64,000 bases of DNA from Lama guanicoe (Eukaryota), in assembly GCA_013239625.1 (NCBI GenBank), contig MU054338.1, forward strand, positions 1,614,001 through 1,678,000. Direction: 5' to 3'. Position 1 is the first letter of the stretch, and each line of letters opens with the position of its first letter. Under the pieces are notes generated by a model. It saw nothing but the letters and a program-made list of their open reading frames with translations, made no database searches and was not told the origin of the DNA. Below, in pieces: positions 11,270 through 23,785 of the stretch. Position numbers and translations under genes: made by a program.

Positions 11270-12435
11270 GGGCCACGTGAACAAAAATCAGCAGGAAAAA
11301 CAGTCAATACAAAGAGACTCCCAGGAGTCCCACACCCTGGAACTGACATACTCTGAAATAATTATGTTGATTCTATTCCATAGGTGAGACTGGAATTTTA
11401 GCAGCAAATTGGAAAATAGAGAGAAAGAATGCATGGACATGTGGAAAATGCTAATATCCAAAATGAACACAATGGAAGACGTAGGACTGTTAAAGACAAC
11501 GGAAGAGAAAGTCGGTGAAATGAAAGATAGAAAATCTCCAGAATGAAGCACGGAGACACAGATGGAGAGAGGCCACAGGGGACAAGGCAAAAGGCACAGA
11601 GGATGCAGCAAGGTCTAACACACACACAACTGGAGCTCTGGAAGATGGAGGGAGAGAATGGGGCAGAAGCACTCTTTGACGAGACAGTGACTGATAATTC
11701 CCCAAAACTGATCAAAAGAGGACTCTAAGCCACAGATTCAGGAAGCCCCAGAACCTCAGACAGGAAACATAGTTTAGAAACAGACAGAGAAATGGCCAAG
11801 AAGCACATGGAGAGGTGCTCAGAGGTGCTCAGTGATTAGTCTTTGGAAGAAGTATAAATGATAACCATAGTAAGAGACTGTTCCATGACTGTCTGGGTGG
11901 AAAACATTGAAAAGACCAACAACACTAAGTCCTGGGGAGGCTGTAGACACACTGAGGTTTCGCACGTTCCTGATGGGAGTTAGCACGATAGTACAACCAC
12001 TCCAGAAAATGGGTGAGCAGATTCGTATAAGGCTAAACACATACCAAAGCTGTGACCCAGCAACTCCACTCCCAGGGACTTACCCAAGGTAAATAAAAAA
12101 CTATTTCCACAAAAGGACTTGTACAAGACGTTCATATGTCTGTAACAGCAAAGGCTGGAAGTAATCCAAACGCCCGTCCACAGGAGAATGGACCAACCTG
12201 CAGTAATTCGTGCCACAGAATGGGACTGCACAAGGAGAGAGAGGAACCTACTGGCAGATGAAGTCACGTGCATGGCCCTCAAAATGCTTTGTCAAGTGAC
12301 AGAAGGCAGACATTAGAAGCGTTCTCTATCTCGACTGAGGTGCTGGTGTACACAGGTGTACAGATTTGTCAAAGTTCATCAAACTGTGTATGTAAGATCT
12401 GTTCATCTTAGGGAGGAGGAATTATAGCTTAATAA
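11270..12435 (+). mobile_element. Old L1M remnants: ORF1-region (about 11270-11770) and ORF2/3' region (about 11790-12435)
   Basis: A-rich; actgataattccccaaaactgatc...cacagattcaggaagccc (ORF1-like); tgacccagcaactccactcccagggacttacccaag; gtcaaagttcatcaaactgtg. Confidence 0.7.
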
Positions 12436-13109
12436 AACCAGCTAATTATAAAACAGACAGACAGACATAAGCTGGAGGAAAAAGGACCAACAACGTGATG
12501 GATCCAGTGAAAATTCTAGACCTGGTGAAAATAAACTTCAAGAATTAGGGTAAAATAAAGAGTCACAGGAGCCATCAGTTCAGTACGCGCCTCCACCCGG
12601 TCCATCAACAGAAGATGCCCTGTGCGTCTGCCTTGAGAATCCTGTGACACTGTTCTCAGCTGTTTTGGTTATTGGGGCCCAACGATCAGAGCTGTAGGTA
12701 CTACTTCAGGAGGTCACTCATTTGAATTGTGTGATTTTATACACAGGAAAAAAGGAAGTCAGCATCTGAAAAAATATGTGGACCCCCCCATCTGCCACAA
12801 CTGGTCCAGGCCAGAGTGATGCGGCCCCAGAGACCTTGGTGCAGCCAGCCCCTCCCTGCATGGGCTCCGCAGGGCTCTCAGCAGGCCAGGCAGACTCCGG
12901 TGCCCCCCAGGGGGCACCTGCTCCATTCCCCATCCCTCCATCCCTCCTCCCAAACACTGGAGCAACTTCTGAGAACACATTCGGGTCTGTCCCTGCTCTG
13001 CCCAGACACCACCTGGGACCTCTGCACTCTGACAAAATCAAGTGCAAAGTCAAAGCGTGTCACTTGCTTCCCACTGCCAGGAACTCCTCCTCTGCCCCGT
13101 ATCCTGCCT

Positions 13110-13262
13110 GCTGTGGACGGAATGTCTGTGACCCCCACAAAATGTGTGTTGAAGCCTAACCCCCTGTGATGGTATTGGGAGGAAGGGCCTTTGGAGGGCG
13201 ACTAGGTCAGGAGGGTGGGGCCCTCGTGAATGGGATCAGTGCCTCATGAGGGGCTGAAGGGA
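13110..13262 (+). mobile_element. MLT1A-like MaLR LTR 5' fragment
   Basis: tgtgttgaagcctaaccccc...gtattgggaggaagggcctttgg...ccctcgtgaatgggatcagtgcc. Confidence 0.75.
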
Positions 13263-13549
13263 CCAGAGGTCTCTTTCTCCACCATCTGACCCCATTCTCT
13301 GGGTGTGGGTGCTCCCTGGGGGACACACTGTCATCCTGGGCCTCCTCGTGTGGGTTCACCCCTTGTGTGGGTCCTTGTATCATGCCCAGGTGGCTGGCAC
13401 ACCTGTCCACCTGCCTCTGCCATGGGCTGGCAGTTCCTTGGGAGAATGTCTTTCTCAGAAATCTCTTCCACCCTGGCACCTTGAATCATCTTTACCACAG
13501 TGTGACCTCTCCACTTAAAACCGTCCCAAGGCGAACTTTTATAGAGAAG

Positions 13550-13710
13550 TGAGACATCTCACATCCATGGAGTCACACGCTGTGTGTCCCTCTGCATCTG
13601 CTCCTCCCCCTAAGCACCGTGCTCTCAGGGTCCGTCCATGTGGGAGTGGGTGTCAGTGCTTCTCTCCTTTTCACAGCTAAGTAATATTCCGTCATGTGCA
13701 TGGAATAACA
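13550..13710 (-). mobile_element. L1MB 3' fragment (GC-shifted type)
   Basis: cacatccatggagtcacacgctgtgtgtcc...gctctcagggtccgtccatgtgg. Confidence 0.75.
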
Positions 13711-15869
13711 TTTTTAAGCAAACGTTAAAAAAAAAAAGCAAAGGAAGAAAAACAAAAGCCCTCATCCTGCTGTTGCTAATATGGAAGCCACATACTTCCC
13801 TGGTCAGAGATGGGGTGGAAGATGGAAAAACCAGTGGTTTCTTGGAGTCTGACCAAGAAATATAAGATGCACATTTTGGCTTGTGGACAAGAACACTGGA
13901 GCGACGAGCTTCGTGAGGGCCACGCACATGACGACGGAGTGCGTCCCCGCTCCCTGTGACGGGCGGGGACCCCAGTGTTGGCGCCCCTGAGGGGTGACTG
14001 TGCCCGAGTTTTACAGGTGCAGAGACTGAGGCTGGGGGTCTTCAGGGCGTTAACAACCTTCTCAAGACCGCGCAGCTGATGGAGGCTGGGCCAGGGTTTG
14101 AATCTAATTCCCAAGGCAGAGCTTACTGAGAGAGCAGACCTGGGGGCAGCCGGGCAGGTCCCAGCACACGGCCCGTCCCCCATGCATCCAGAGGCAAGCT
14201 TTGGAGGCTGGGGGCACAGTCTCCGCATGCTCCAGTGCATTTGGCAAAGCATTTAGACAGAGGCTGGTCCCAGTTCTGAGGGTCTCCACACGTGGGGGAT
14301 GGTGCCAGGACCCTCACATGGCTTCTTTCTTTGGGGAAGGGCCGGGGCAGAACACTGGGGACATGGACGACGCTGGCGCTGGGCCTGGGACAGGCCTCCG
14401 CAGCCACTGGGGTCAGAGAAAACCCCGAGTGAGATGTAACAGCAGAGTCTCAGCCTCGTGCCTCCCGTCTGCTGGTTGGGAAGTGACCCTGGGGCTCTTG
14501 GAGTCGTGGACATTTTTCCCCAAGGAACTGAGGGGACCATCCCGCCAGCTTCTGGTGGGGCTGTGCGTGTGTACCCGAGACACCCGTGCATCAACGCCTC
14601 TGCACCCTGTGGAGGACCTCTGCATTTCTGGGCTGGCGCTTCCTGGGGACCGAGACTCCTTCCTTCCTCCTCGGCGAGTCCGAGGGACAAATGGTGCTCG
14701 CTGAGGCGGCAGGACAGGCCTGGACGCAGCAAGCGCTCAGATGTCTTTGGGATCCTGCGCTTTCCCGAGGTGCTCAGCATGACGGCGCGTCCAGGCTGCT
14801 CACTGAGGGGTGCCTGAGACCTCACTGGGGGTGGGTGGGCTGAGCCTCAGTGTCCAAGTGGGCAAAGCCATGAAGGAGCCCAAACAGCAGGCCTGGGGTA
14901 GCCTGGCCCCTGCAGGGACCCTGGGGCTCCGAGGCCTGAGCAGCAAGGCTGATGGGAAAGTGGATCACCTCCAGCCTCCCTGGCCCACAGCCGGGCACCC
15001 AGGGAAGCCCTGACCTGCCAGGCGTGTCCCGTGGGCAGACTCGGAGGCTGGCATTCCCCCGGGCCCGGGACCAGAGAGAGCAGACGTGCTCCCCTGCCCA
15101 GCCTGTGATACCATCTCCACCCTCAGAGGTGTTTTCCGCCTGCACAGGAAGCAATGACAGCGAGACACAAAAATGCCTGCATTCCCCCTGAATTCCGCGC
15201 ATAGCTCTCATAGCTGGGATGGGTGCCACTCCTAGCCTGCCCGACAAACCGACACCCCAGCCGCCAGCGCTGTCTCCTTACCAGCAGAGAAAGAACGGGA
15301 TGCCAGGGGAGGCTTCTGAACGTTGGCTGGCTGGGCTGTGCAAAAGGAAAAGAATCTGAAAAATGTGGCTGGCTTGGCAGAGGCCAGGAAAGCAGGGCCT
15401 TCGAGGAGCGAGGAGCGGCTCCTGGTTCTGGGGGCCCCAGAGGAGGCGCAGCCTGGAGCCACTGCGGACCCCTCCCCCGGCCCTGTTGAGAAGGAGGGCA
15501 GCCGGAGGTCTGGGCTGGGGAGGAAGTGGTGTGTCTGCACCCAGTGCGGTCCGGGAGGACACCCAGGCCCTGGCCGGGCTGTCAGTCCCACACACCCAGT
15601 GTGGGCCCGCAGCGCTGGGGACTCAGTGTGAGGCACGCTGGTCCCCAGGAGGCCGCGGCCAAGTCTCTCCCCCGAGGCAGACGCCCTAGGCTGACTCTCC
15701 TGCTCACAGCAACCAGGGCTGACGATGCTGGGGGACGACAACAGTGGTTCGGGGGCAGCGCCCCGCTGACCCGCTGCTCCTCTGCCTCTGAGAGACGCAC
15801 CTTCCACAAGCTGCCGGGCCCGGGACGAGGCGGCCTAGGACCGCCCGCTGTCCTGAGGAGGACAGACCG

Positions 15870-16064
15870 GTCCAGGTCTGCCCCCCAGCACTGCTAAAAT
15901 TCTCTGCGGGGGGGTCCCGGGTGCCGCGGGGTGTGGGGCAGCCTCCCTGGTCCCCATCCTCTCGATGCCAGGACCTCCGCGTTGTGACAACCACAGGCGT
16001 CCCCAGACATCGCCCCGCGTGCTGGAGGTGGGGGACAGCATCGCTCCTCAGTTGAGAGCCACTG
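15870..16064 (-). mobile_element. MER20
   Basis: ctcgatgccagga...ttgtgacaaccacaggcgtccccagacatcgcc...gttgagagccactg terminus. Confidence 0.85.
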
Positions 16065-16399
16065 GGTCAGAACCCCTCAACAGGGCCCTCATTTCAACAC
16101 TTCTTTCCTGAATTTTGCTGTTTAACCGAGAATCACAGGAAACAGGAACGAGGGTTTTCCTTCAGCGGGTGATGGGGATTTCAGGGCCCTTCCTGAGTCT
16201 GGGCTAACGCACCCAGTCTCACCTGTGGCCCGGAGCGACCGCCCTGGGCCGTGCACAGGAGGCCCCGCCTCTCCCAGTGTGGTGGGTGGGGGGTGACCAG
16301 CAGTTACAAGGTACTTGTCACACCGACCTTCACCAGCAACCGAGAAAGGGCATCACCTCTGTGATGACTCCCAGCGACCCAGCACAGTCCCCTCTCTCA

Positions 16400-16787
16400 G
16401 ACTGAGAACACGAAGGGATATGGACCTGGGCTGGGCCGTGGCATGTGGCACACGTGACTGAGGGGGCCTGACTGGGTGACTGCCCTAATCAGGGAGCAAG
16501 TGTGCAAGGGATTCCACACAAGGGAGATCCTCTGCTGCTGGCTTTGAAGACAGAGGTGGCAAGAAATGGGGGTGACTAAGAGGGGAGGGGGGCCTCGGCG
16601 CTACAGCTGCGAGGAACTGAATTCTGGAACAGTCTGAACGAGCTCCCAATGACACATTTCGACTTCAGCCTGTGATGCCCTCAGCACAGCAGGTAGCTAC
16701 ACCGCAGCCTGCCGGTTGACCTCCAGAACTGAGCTGCAAACTGCTTGGTCTGTGACTGCTTGTTACGTGGCACAGATAGCTGATACA
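16400..16787 (+). mobile_element. MLT1E/F-like MaLR LTR
   Basis: ctggctttgaagac...ctacagctgcgaggaactgaattctg...ttgttacgtggcacagatagctgataca terminus. Confidence 0.7.
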
Positions 16788-17349
16788 CTGGGCTGGGGAG
16801 GCCAACTGGGGTCTCCTGGTTATTGGACTGGCTTCTTTCTAGGACTCTCTGTGCTCGACGCTGGTCATGGGGCCCCGGATAGCTCCAGGTGGCGTTCACT
16901 CCTCCCGCTGAGTGTGGACAGGACACTGAGCAAGTGGCCATTCTCTTTTGTAACAGCCCTGAGGGGTAAAGCACTAAGACCAGAGGAGTTTCCAGCAGCT
17001 TCTCCATTAGCGGCCAACTGGCTCCCCATGGTTCCCAGAATCTGGGACACGTGTGCCACACGCATCTCATCTCTGATGCACAGGAAGTCGGCCTCAGTGA
17101 ACCCCAGCTCAGAGAGCCTGGCTGCTTCCAGGCAGTTCTGAAACGTCCCTCTCCCAGCCTCTTCATCCAGGCGGGTGGACGGGGCTCGTGCAGCCGGCGA
17201 GCTGAGTCAGAGCCCCAGGAAGGTGGCCTTTCAGAGGGAGGGGGCGCTGGCAGCGGGGGCCTGCGTCCCCGTCTCCCTGTCTTCAGAGAGAACAGAAACA
17301 GCCTTCATTTTGCTTGAAAACTTCCGGAAAGGGTAGCTTTACAGCTCAC

Positions 17350-17411
17350 CAAGCTTCTGAATTCTTTCCTCCCCGGGGCCTGGTGGTCCGACCCCTCATC
17401 CCCGCCTGCCA
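17350..17411 (-). other. Candidate alternative 62-nt 5'UTR exon of GNG7
   Basis: Minus strand ggttgatttttttctctctcctctttAG|TGGCAGG...AGAAGCTTG|GTGAGC: branch-like TTGAT, long pyrimidine tract and a canonical donor in non-repeat sequence. No transcript evidence. Confidence 0.4.
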
Positions 17412-17842
17412 CTAAAGAGGAGAGAGAAAAAAATCAACCTCCCCCCGCCCCAAACACAAACCTCCAGCCAGAGCCAGCAGGAGGACAAACAACGCTGGGT
17501 GAGAAAGCGGGCTCTCCCCCCGCCGGGGACAGCTCCTCCGGTACACGTTGTTCCGAAGAGGAGGAGGCGGGGCTGAGAGAGGAAAAAAAAATCCCAAACC
17601 AAAACAGAATGAGATGCTGTTTGGGAGAACAGGCTCTGGGCTTCTGTTAGGAACCAGCCGCCTCCTTGCAGGGCTGGGGGAAGCTAGCTGGCTGATGGCT
17701 GCGTCTGCGAGCATCTTGATCCCCGTGCAGTTTTTGCACACCTGCTGTGCACACCAGGCCTCGGTCTTGCACACCTCTGGGGGGACCCATGCACCACAGA
17801 TCCTGGCATAGAAGCCCCGAGAACGGGGGATCTCCATCAGGA

Positions 17843-18000
17843 TGATGTCTGGGGACATCTGTGGTTGTCCCAGCTGAGGTTGCTCCTGGCATCGAGGGGG
17901 TGAGGCAGGGTTCCCATCCCGCCGTGCCCAGGACAGACCCCCGCAGAGAACGACCCGGTCCCCCGTGTCCACAGCGCCGAGGGAGAGCAGCCCTGCTCTG
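17843..18000 (+). mobile_element. MER20
   Basis: atgtctggggacatctgtggttgtc...ctcctggcatcgagggggtg. Confidence 0.8.
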
Positions 18001-18234
18001 GCCTCCAGAAACGTGCACACAGCCTGGACGGCACATGCTGGGCATCAGGGCGAGAAATTCAGAGGGAGGGGTGGGTACCTTGCGGTGTCCCCAGCACTGG
18101 GATGGGGTGGCCTCCTGGCCTTGCCCCCGGCCCCAAGCAAGGTCACACCACAAAGGGGACCTGAAGAGAGCCGTGGGCACCACACCAGCATTCAGACTTT
18201 ACTACGAGGGAGAAAAAAACTCTCTGACTGCCCG

Positions 18235-18486
18235 GCAACCAGGAGCTGAGTGAGCAACTCTGGCCCCCATCCCACCCCACCCCACCCCTGCCCCCAGCCA
18301 GGGCGGGCTCTGGGCTCCGGGCTCCGGGCTCCGGGCCTGCCGCTGGGCCTGAGGTTACCACCCAGCAACCAGGAGCTGAGTGAGCAACTCTGGCCCCCAT
18401 CCCACCCCACCCCACCCCTGCCCCCAGCCAGGGCGGGCTCTGGGCTCCGGGCTCCGGGCTCCGGGCCTGCCGCTGGGCCTGAGGTT
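18235..18486. repeat. Perfect 122-bp tandem duplication with an 8-bp spacer
   Basis: 18235-18356 is identical to 18365-18486; spacer accaccca. Confidence 0.95.
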
Positions 18487-19279
18487 CTTCAGGGTCATGG
18501 TCACCCTTGCCTGGCTGGGTGGGGAGGGCTGGCCACATAAGGGCCTTCTGTGACCTTGGGCACCATGACCTTTGGTGGGAGGTGCGGCCGTAAAAGCCCA
18601 GCTGGGTCTTCGCCAGTGAAGCGCTTCCCCCCACGAGGCCCGCGCCCCCCAGAGACCAGCATCTTGTGACTCCCTGTCAACTGGTCCTTTTGTGCACAGG
18701 CTAAATTGTGCCCTCTGGCAGCTATATTTAGAAAAGGCTAGAAAAAAGGGAATGAGTGAGGTGCCCACAAGCAAGGGGAAAACAGAGCCGCAGGGCAAGG
18801 GGCTGGGAGCCCTTGGCCAGAGCCCGGAGGCCAAGAACGAGCCACCGTGGGCGCAGGCGGACAATGAGCCGTGGTGACGCACGGTGACAGTGCGGCTGAT
18901 GCGCGAGCAGAAGAAAAGGCCCTCTCTGTCCACCCGGAGGCTGACTGCAGTCATATGAGAGTGTGCAAGCCAGGAGCCGGGCCAGGCCAGCTCGCCCAGT
19001 GCCTGTGTCTCATGTCACCTCTGTTCTTGGCTTCCCAGCACGGAGGAAGTACGTCACCCCAGCCCCCAGAGTGAGCAGCTCTGAGCCAAAGGGTGGGAGC
19101 CTGGGAGAGACGGGAGGGCAGGTCCAGGCCTTCCTACCTGAGCCCAGACAAACTCCTACACATCCTACAAAACCCTGTGAAGAGTCATCTGCCCTGAGAA
19201 GCCCCTGGTCCACTGTCCATGCACAAGGCTGAGCCAAAACCCTCTCTCGCGGTGTCTACAGCTCCCTGTACATTCCTTG

Positions 19280-19735
19280 GGCACTGCATTTCCCGTGGCT
19301 GCTGTCACAGACTACCACAAATTTGGTGGCTTAAAACCATACACATGGATTCTCTCATGGTCCTGGAGTCAGGAATCTGACTCGGGCCTCAAGGGGCTAA
19401 AACCCAGGCGTGGGCAGGGTGGGTTCCTCTGGAGGCTCCAGGGAGAAGTGGCTCCTGCCTCTTCCAGCTTCTAGAAGCGCCGCATCCCTGGCTCGCGGCA
19501 CCCCCTCCATCCTCACCGCCAGCAGCGCAGCATCCCCCTTCTGTCTCTGACTCTGACCTCCCACCTCCCTCTGATAAGGACCCTATGATGACACGAGGCC
19601 CCTAGGGAATCCAGGGTCACCCCCATTCCAGGGGCCTTAATTTAATCCCACCTGCAAAGTCCCCTCTGTCCCGTGAGGTGACACGTCCGCAGGCCCTGGG
19701 ACCAGGACATGGGCATCTTTGGGGGCAGTGCCTGG
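19280..19735 (-). mobile_element. MLT1D/E-like MaLR LTR
   Basis: gctgtcacagactaccacaaatttggtggcttaaaac...cctgcctcttccagcttctag...aggacatgggcatctttgggg. Confidence 0.8.
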
Positions 19736-20289
19736 GAAACCTGGCACCAAAGGGCCATGTGGATGCGTGGGACTGCTGGCTGCAGGGCAGGGGTTTACCA
19801 AAGAGGTTCCTTCCAGGAACTCACTCTGTCCCCAGGGCCAATCTCTCTCCCAGGACAGGGCCCCCAGGACCAGGCTGCAGGGGCAGAGCACCTGGCCACA
19901 CCTGATGTCCACAGTGGGTGCCACTCGTGGGCATGTGCCCAGGATGGCATGCTCTGCAGAATGGGGGACCTGCCTGGGGCACATGTGCTATTGAGCACAA
20001 ACCTCGGACCTGGGTCACTGGCTCCAGACCTTTGCTCTGGGCTCTGGATGGTTGCCCAACACGCAGCGGACTGAAGGTTCAGCACCAGAATGACCAGGGG
20101 CTACTTGGCATCTGGTACGCCGCCTCTGATGCCGTTAGATGGTCCTGGAGCAAAACAAAGTCAGAGAGGCTCTTCCTACGGGTTAGCTGTAGGTAAGGAC
20201 GTTTTTCATGTTAAAAAAGAAAAAAAAGGGGGGCCATCAGTGTGTTTACCTGAGCAGTTTTAGAGACAGGCCTGCATGGGAAGGCAGCG

Positions 20290-20492
20290 TCTGGAGGGGG
20301 GTCTTACCTGAGCAATCAAGCCCCGGGGACACTGGCGATGTCTGGGGACATCTGCGGTTGTCACGACTGGGGGCTCCTGGCATTGAGGGGGTGGGGGCCA
20401 AGGAGGCTGCTCCACACCCCACAGTGGCCAGGACGGCCCCCCACAGAGAATGGTCAGGCGATGTCAGCAGCGCAAGGGTGGGGAGACCCCTC
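20290..20492 (+). mobile_element. MER20
   Basis: ccccggggacactggcgatgtctggggacatctgcggttgtcacgactggggg. Confidence 0.85.
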
Positions 20493-21479
20493 CAGGACTG
20501 GCCTGGGAGTGTTCCAGCCACTTTCCTGGAAAATGTACACAGTTTTGGTCTCGTCGGGTTCAAGTGAGAAGCCCAGGCGGGCTGAGGCCCCTGCCATGGC
20601 TCCCGTGCAGCTGCTCCGTGCCACGCTGCACATCTTCAGTGTCATAACTCCCAAGGACCCCCCACCGGGTACCCCCCAGGTGAGGATGTAGATGTCTGGG
20701 ACTGAAGGTCAGTGCCCTGCACTACAGTGAAGTGTCAGGATGTCTGGAGGGGACCCCTACTCGGGTGCTGCCCTAGTGTTTCTGGCTGGAAGCTTGACCT
20801 TGAAACACAGCACCGGCAGTGGGGGTGGAGGCGGAGAAACAGCTGTCTTGGTCTAGGCTGCAAGTTTTGGCCTCAACCGAGCTGCTGCCAGGCTGCGTCC
20901 TCATCGAGGGACACGGACCCAGAGTGTGTAGGGGATTTTGGTGTCTCCTGTGGAAACTTCTGGACAGGGACGACCTCGGCTACCCCTGCTGACAATCAGG
21001 CTGCACTGAGCGTCCGTGACCAGGACCGAGGGCGCTCGGGGCCCAGATGCCTGAGGGGGGCAGCAGGGGTGCTGGGGGCCAGCGCTGGATTTGCAGAAAA
21101 CCCCCAGTGAGAGTGGGTTAGTCTCGGCTTCCCAGTGGCCTCGGCCCCAAGAGGAGGTTTCTGTGACATGCACGGAATTTCTAACAATGAGATTGAGTGT
21201 CTGCTTCTGCTCACGCTGACAGCCCCTTCCTCATCCATTCAAATTCCATGACGCCTTTTCTTGTTCATATAGAGACGCAGCCAAGGGCTGGGCTGCCTGG
21301 GAAGCGGCCCTCATGGGAAAGGGGAACCGTGGCCGCCATGCGGTTGGGGGCCCGGCTCTCAGAGCCAGCACTGCACACGGGAGGTGGAGAGGATGCCCAG
21401 AACGCTAGGACGTGACCTCCTGGGATTCTCACCGGACTCGTGAGGGCAGCTGACGGGGTGGGTGCGTTTCCGGAGAGGG

Positions 21480-21885
21480 CCAGGCAGAGCTGCTCAGACC
21501 TCTGACTCCGCCCGGGAGACCCTCCTTGCTGGCCTGATGAAGCAGGGAGCTGTGCTGAACAAGCTCACATGGCAAGGAGCCGTGGGTAACCTCTAGTAGC
21601 CGCCCGAGGCCTCCAGCTGACAGGCGGAAGGCACCCAGGACCCAGTCCTCCAGCCACAGGGTAACGAATTCTGCCAACACCCCCTGGGACCCTGGAGCAG
21701 ACTCCCTGCCACAGTTGAGCCTCTGGGTAAAAGTGCAGCCCAGCTGACACCCGGATGGTGGCCTGGCGGGATGCTGAGCAGAGGACCCAGCTAGGCTGTG
21801 CCTGGACCCCGATTCACAGAAATTGTGAGATGACGAGTGGGCGGAGCCTGGGGTAATCTGTTATGCAGCATCACTAACTAACACA
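21480..21885 (+). mobile_element. MLT1G/H-like MaLR LTR
   Basis: cacatggcaagga...gaattctgccaaca...gcagaggacccagctagg...ctgttatgcagcatcactaactaaca. Confidence 0.7.
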
Positions 21886-22769
21886 GTGGAGGAGCAGGAC
21901 CTGGAGAGAAGGGCTGGGCCCGGGGAGACAGAAGGAGACGTAGCCTGAGGTGACCGCCAGCACTCCCTCATTTTCCCCTACTATGGCAAGTCAGTCGGCC
22001 TTCCCCTCCTGAATGAATTAGCATGACTGTGAAAGTGGTGTCAATAGGAAACACAGGCTCCTGAAAAAGGAATCACACCGCCTCCTCCTGACTCCAGAGT
22101 CTCTGACCAAGGTGAGCGCCCTGAGGAGACGCGGCTGCGGGTCCTGCTCTGAGAAGCCAGCCCCAGCCCGCGGAGCTGGGGGGCAGCAGAGCTGGGAGGG
22201 GCGCTGGGCTGCGAGGTGGTGACAGGGGAGGAGCCACGCTAGTGAATACAGGGCTTTGCCGACTCATCATCCAAGTCCAAGAGCCATTTTGCAAGGAAAC
22301 CACTTATTGCTGGGCCACACTCCTTGCTGTCTTTTATGGCAAATACCTGGAACCCGAACCCGGAAGTCCGGGACGTTCCTGCCTCATCCCAGGCCGTCCA
22401 TCCCTCCCATCACTTGCTGGACATGTGCTTGGCGGGTCTCCCTTGCACCCAGATGGGTCCCACGCCAGGCAGGGGGTCTCTGTCACCTGCAGAGGCCGAT
22501 CCTGGCAGGACCGAGACTCCGTTCTCTAGTTTCACCGTTCGCTCCTGCACCACAGGACATTTGCAAATGTCTGCCCCTGTCACCTTGGTGCAGCCACGAG
22601 ACTTTGGGAACACAGGACACAAATCACCACGATTCAACCTCTCTGACACCCTCCGTCACTCTGCCCTGCGTCCTCTGTATTTCCTTTTTGAAAACTTTGC
22701 TGAGATATAAATTCAGAAATCAAGCAACTCACCACTTAGTGTTCACCCATTCAATGGTTTTCTGGTACT

Positions 22770-23270
22770 TTACCTTATTAATTTTTTAAAAATCGTGGTA
22801 AAAATATATATGTGACATAACACTTGCCATTTTAACTATTTTTAAGTGTACAATTCAGTGGCATTAAGTGCTTTCATGTTATGGTGCAACCATCAGCACA
22901 ATCTAATTCCAGAACATTCCATCACCCCCAAAAGAAGCCCCATCCTCATCAGCAGTCACTTCCCCTCCTCTGCCCCCCAGCCCCTGACAACCAGGAACCC
23001 CCCTCTGTGTCTGTGGACTGGCCTGTTCTGGACGTTTCACATCCATGGACTCACACACTGTGTGTCCTTCTGTGTCTGCTTCTCTCCCTGAGCGTCGTGC
23101 TCTCAGGGTCCGTCCACGTGGGAGCGAGTGTCAGGGCTGCTCTCCTGGTCACGGCTGAGTGATGCTCCGTGTGTGGAGGGACACATGTGTACCCGCTCAG
23201 CCACCGCTGGGGACCACAGCTGTGTCCCCCTTCTGGGTGCTGTGAACGGCGCTGCTGTGACGTCTCTGCA
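22770..23270 (-). mobile_element. L1MB 3' fragment (GC-shifted core 22975-23190)
   Basis: tttaagtgtacaattcagtggcattaag...tgcaaccatc...ttccagaacattccatcaccccc. Confidence 0.85.
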
Positions 23271-23441
23271 GAAATGTCTGCCGGGGCGCCGGGGCTTGAA
23301 GACTCTGCCTTCCCAAATCAGCTTCTCAGCGAAGTCCCACGGCGGTCCCCATCCTGACTCTCTCCGGGGAAAGTGGCGATGGCCCACAAGGCTCTGTGGG
23401 GTCCTATCCAGTTGGGCGTGGCTGTGCAGCCTGGGAGACCA

Positions 23442-23785
23442 CGTGATGGTTAATTGCATGTGTCAGTCTGACTGGGCCACGGGCTGCCCAGGTACGTATG
23501 TGGGCCAATGGTCTTCTGGATGCTCCTGGAAGGTGTTTCTTGATGAGACTGCTGTTAGGCTGGGGGCTTTGAGTAAAATGGGATGCCTTCCAGGATGCTG
23601 GGGGAGGCTCACCCAGTCCCTTGAAGGTGGGAATAGAACAAAAACCTGGCCTCTCCTGAGCAAGAGGAAATTCTTTGCTGGAACTGTACTCCATAGCCTC
23701 CATAACCAATTCCCTAGAACAACATTCTCTGTCTCTATATACGTCCAGCTGGCTCTGTTTCTCTGGAGAACCCTGACGAATACAT
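23442..23785 (+). mobile_element. MLT2 (ERVL) solo LTR
   Basis: gtgatggttaattgcatgtgtcagtctgactgggcc...tctgtttctctggagaaccctgacgaataca. Confidence 0.85.

Noticed and set aside
18235..18486. Direct repeats, and the dispersed MER20 series, as a possible CRISPR-like array
   Set aside because: Mammalian context, no regular repeat-spacer periodicity and no cas-like ORFs.
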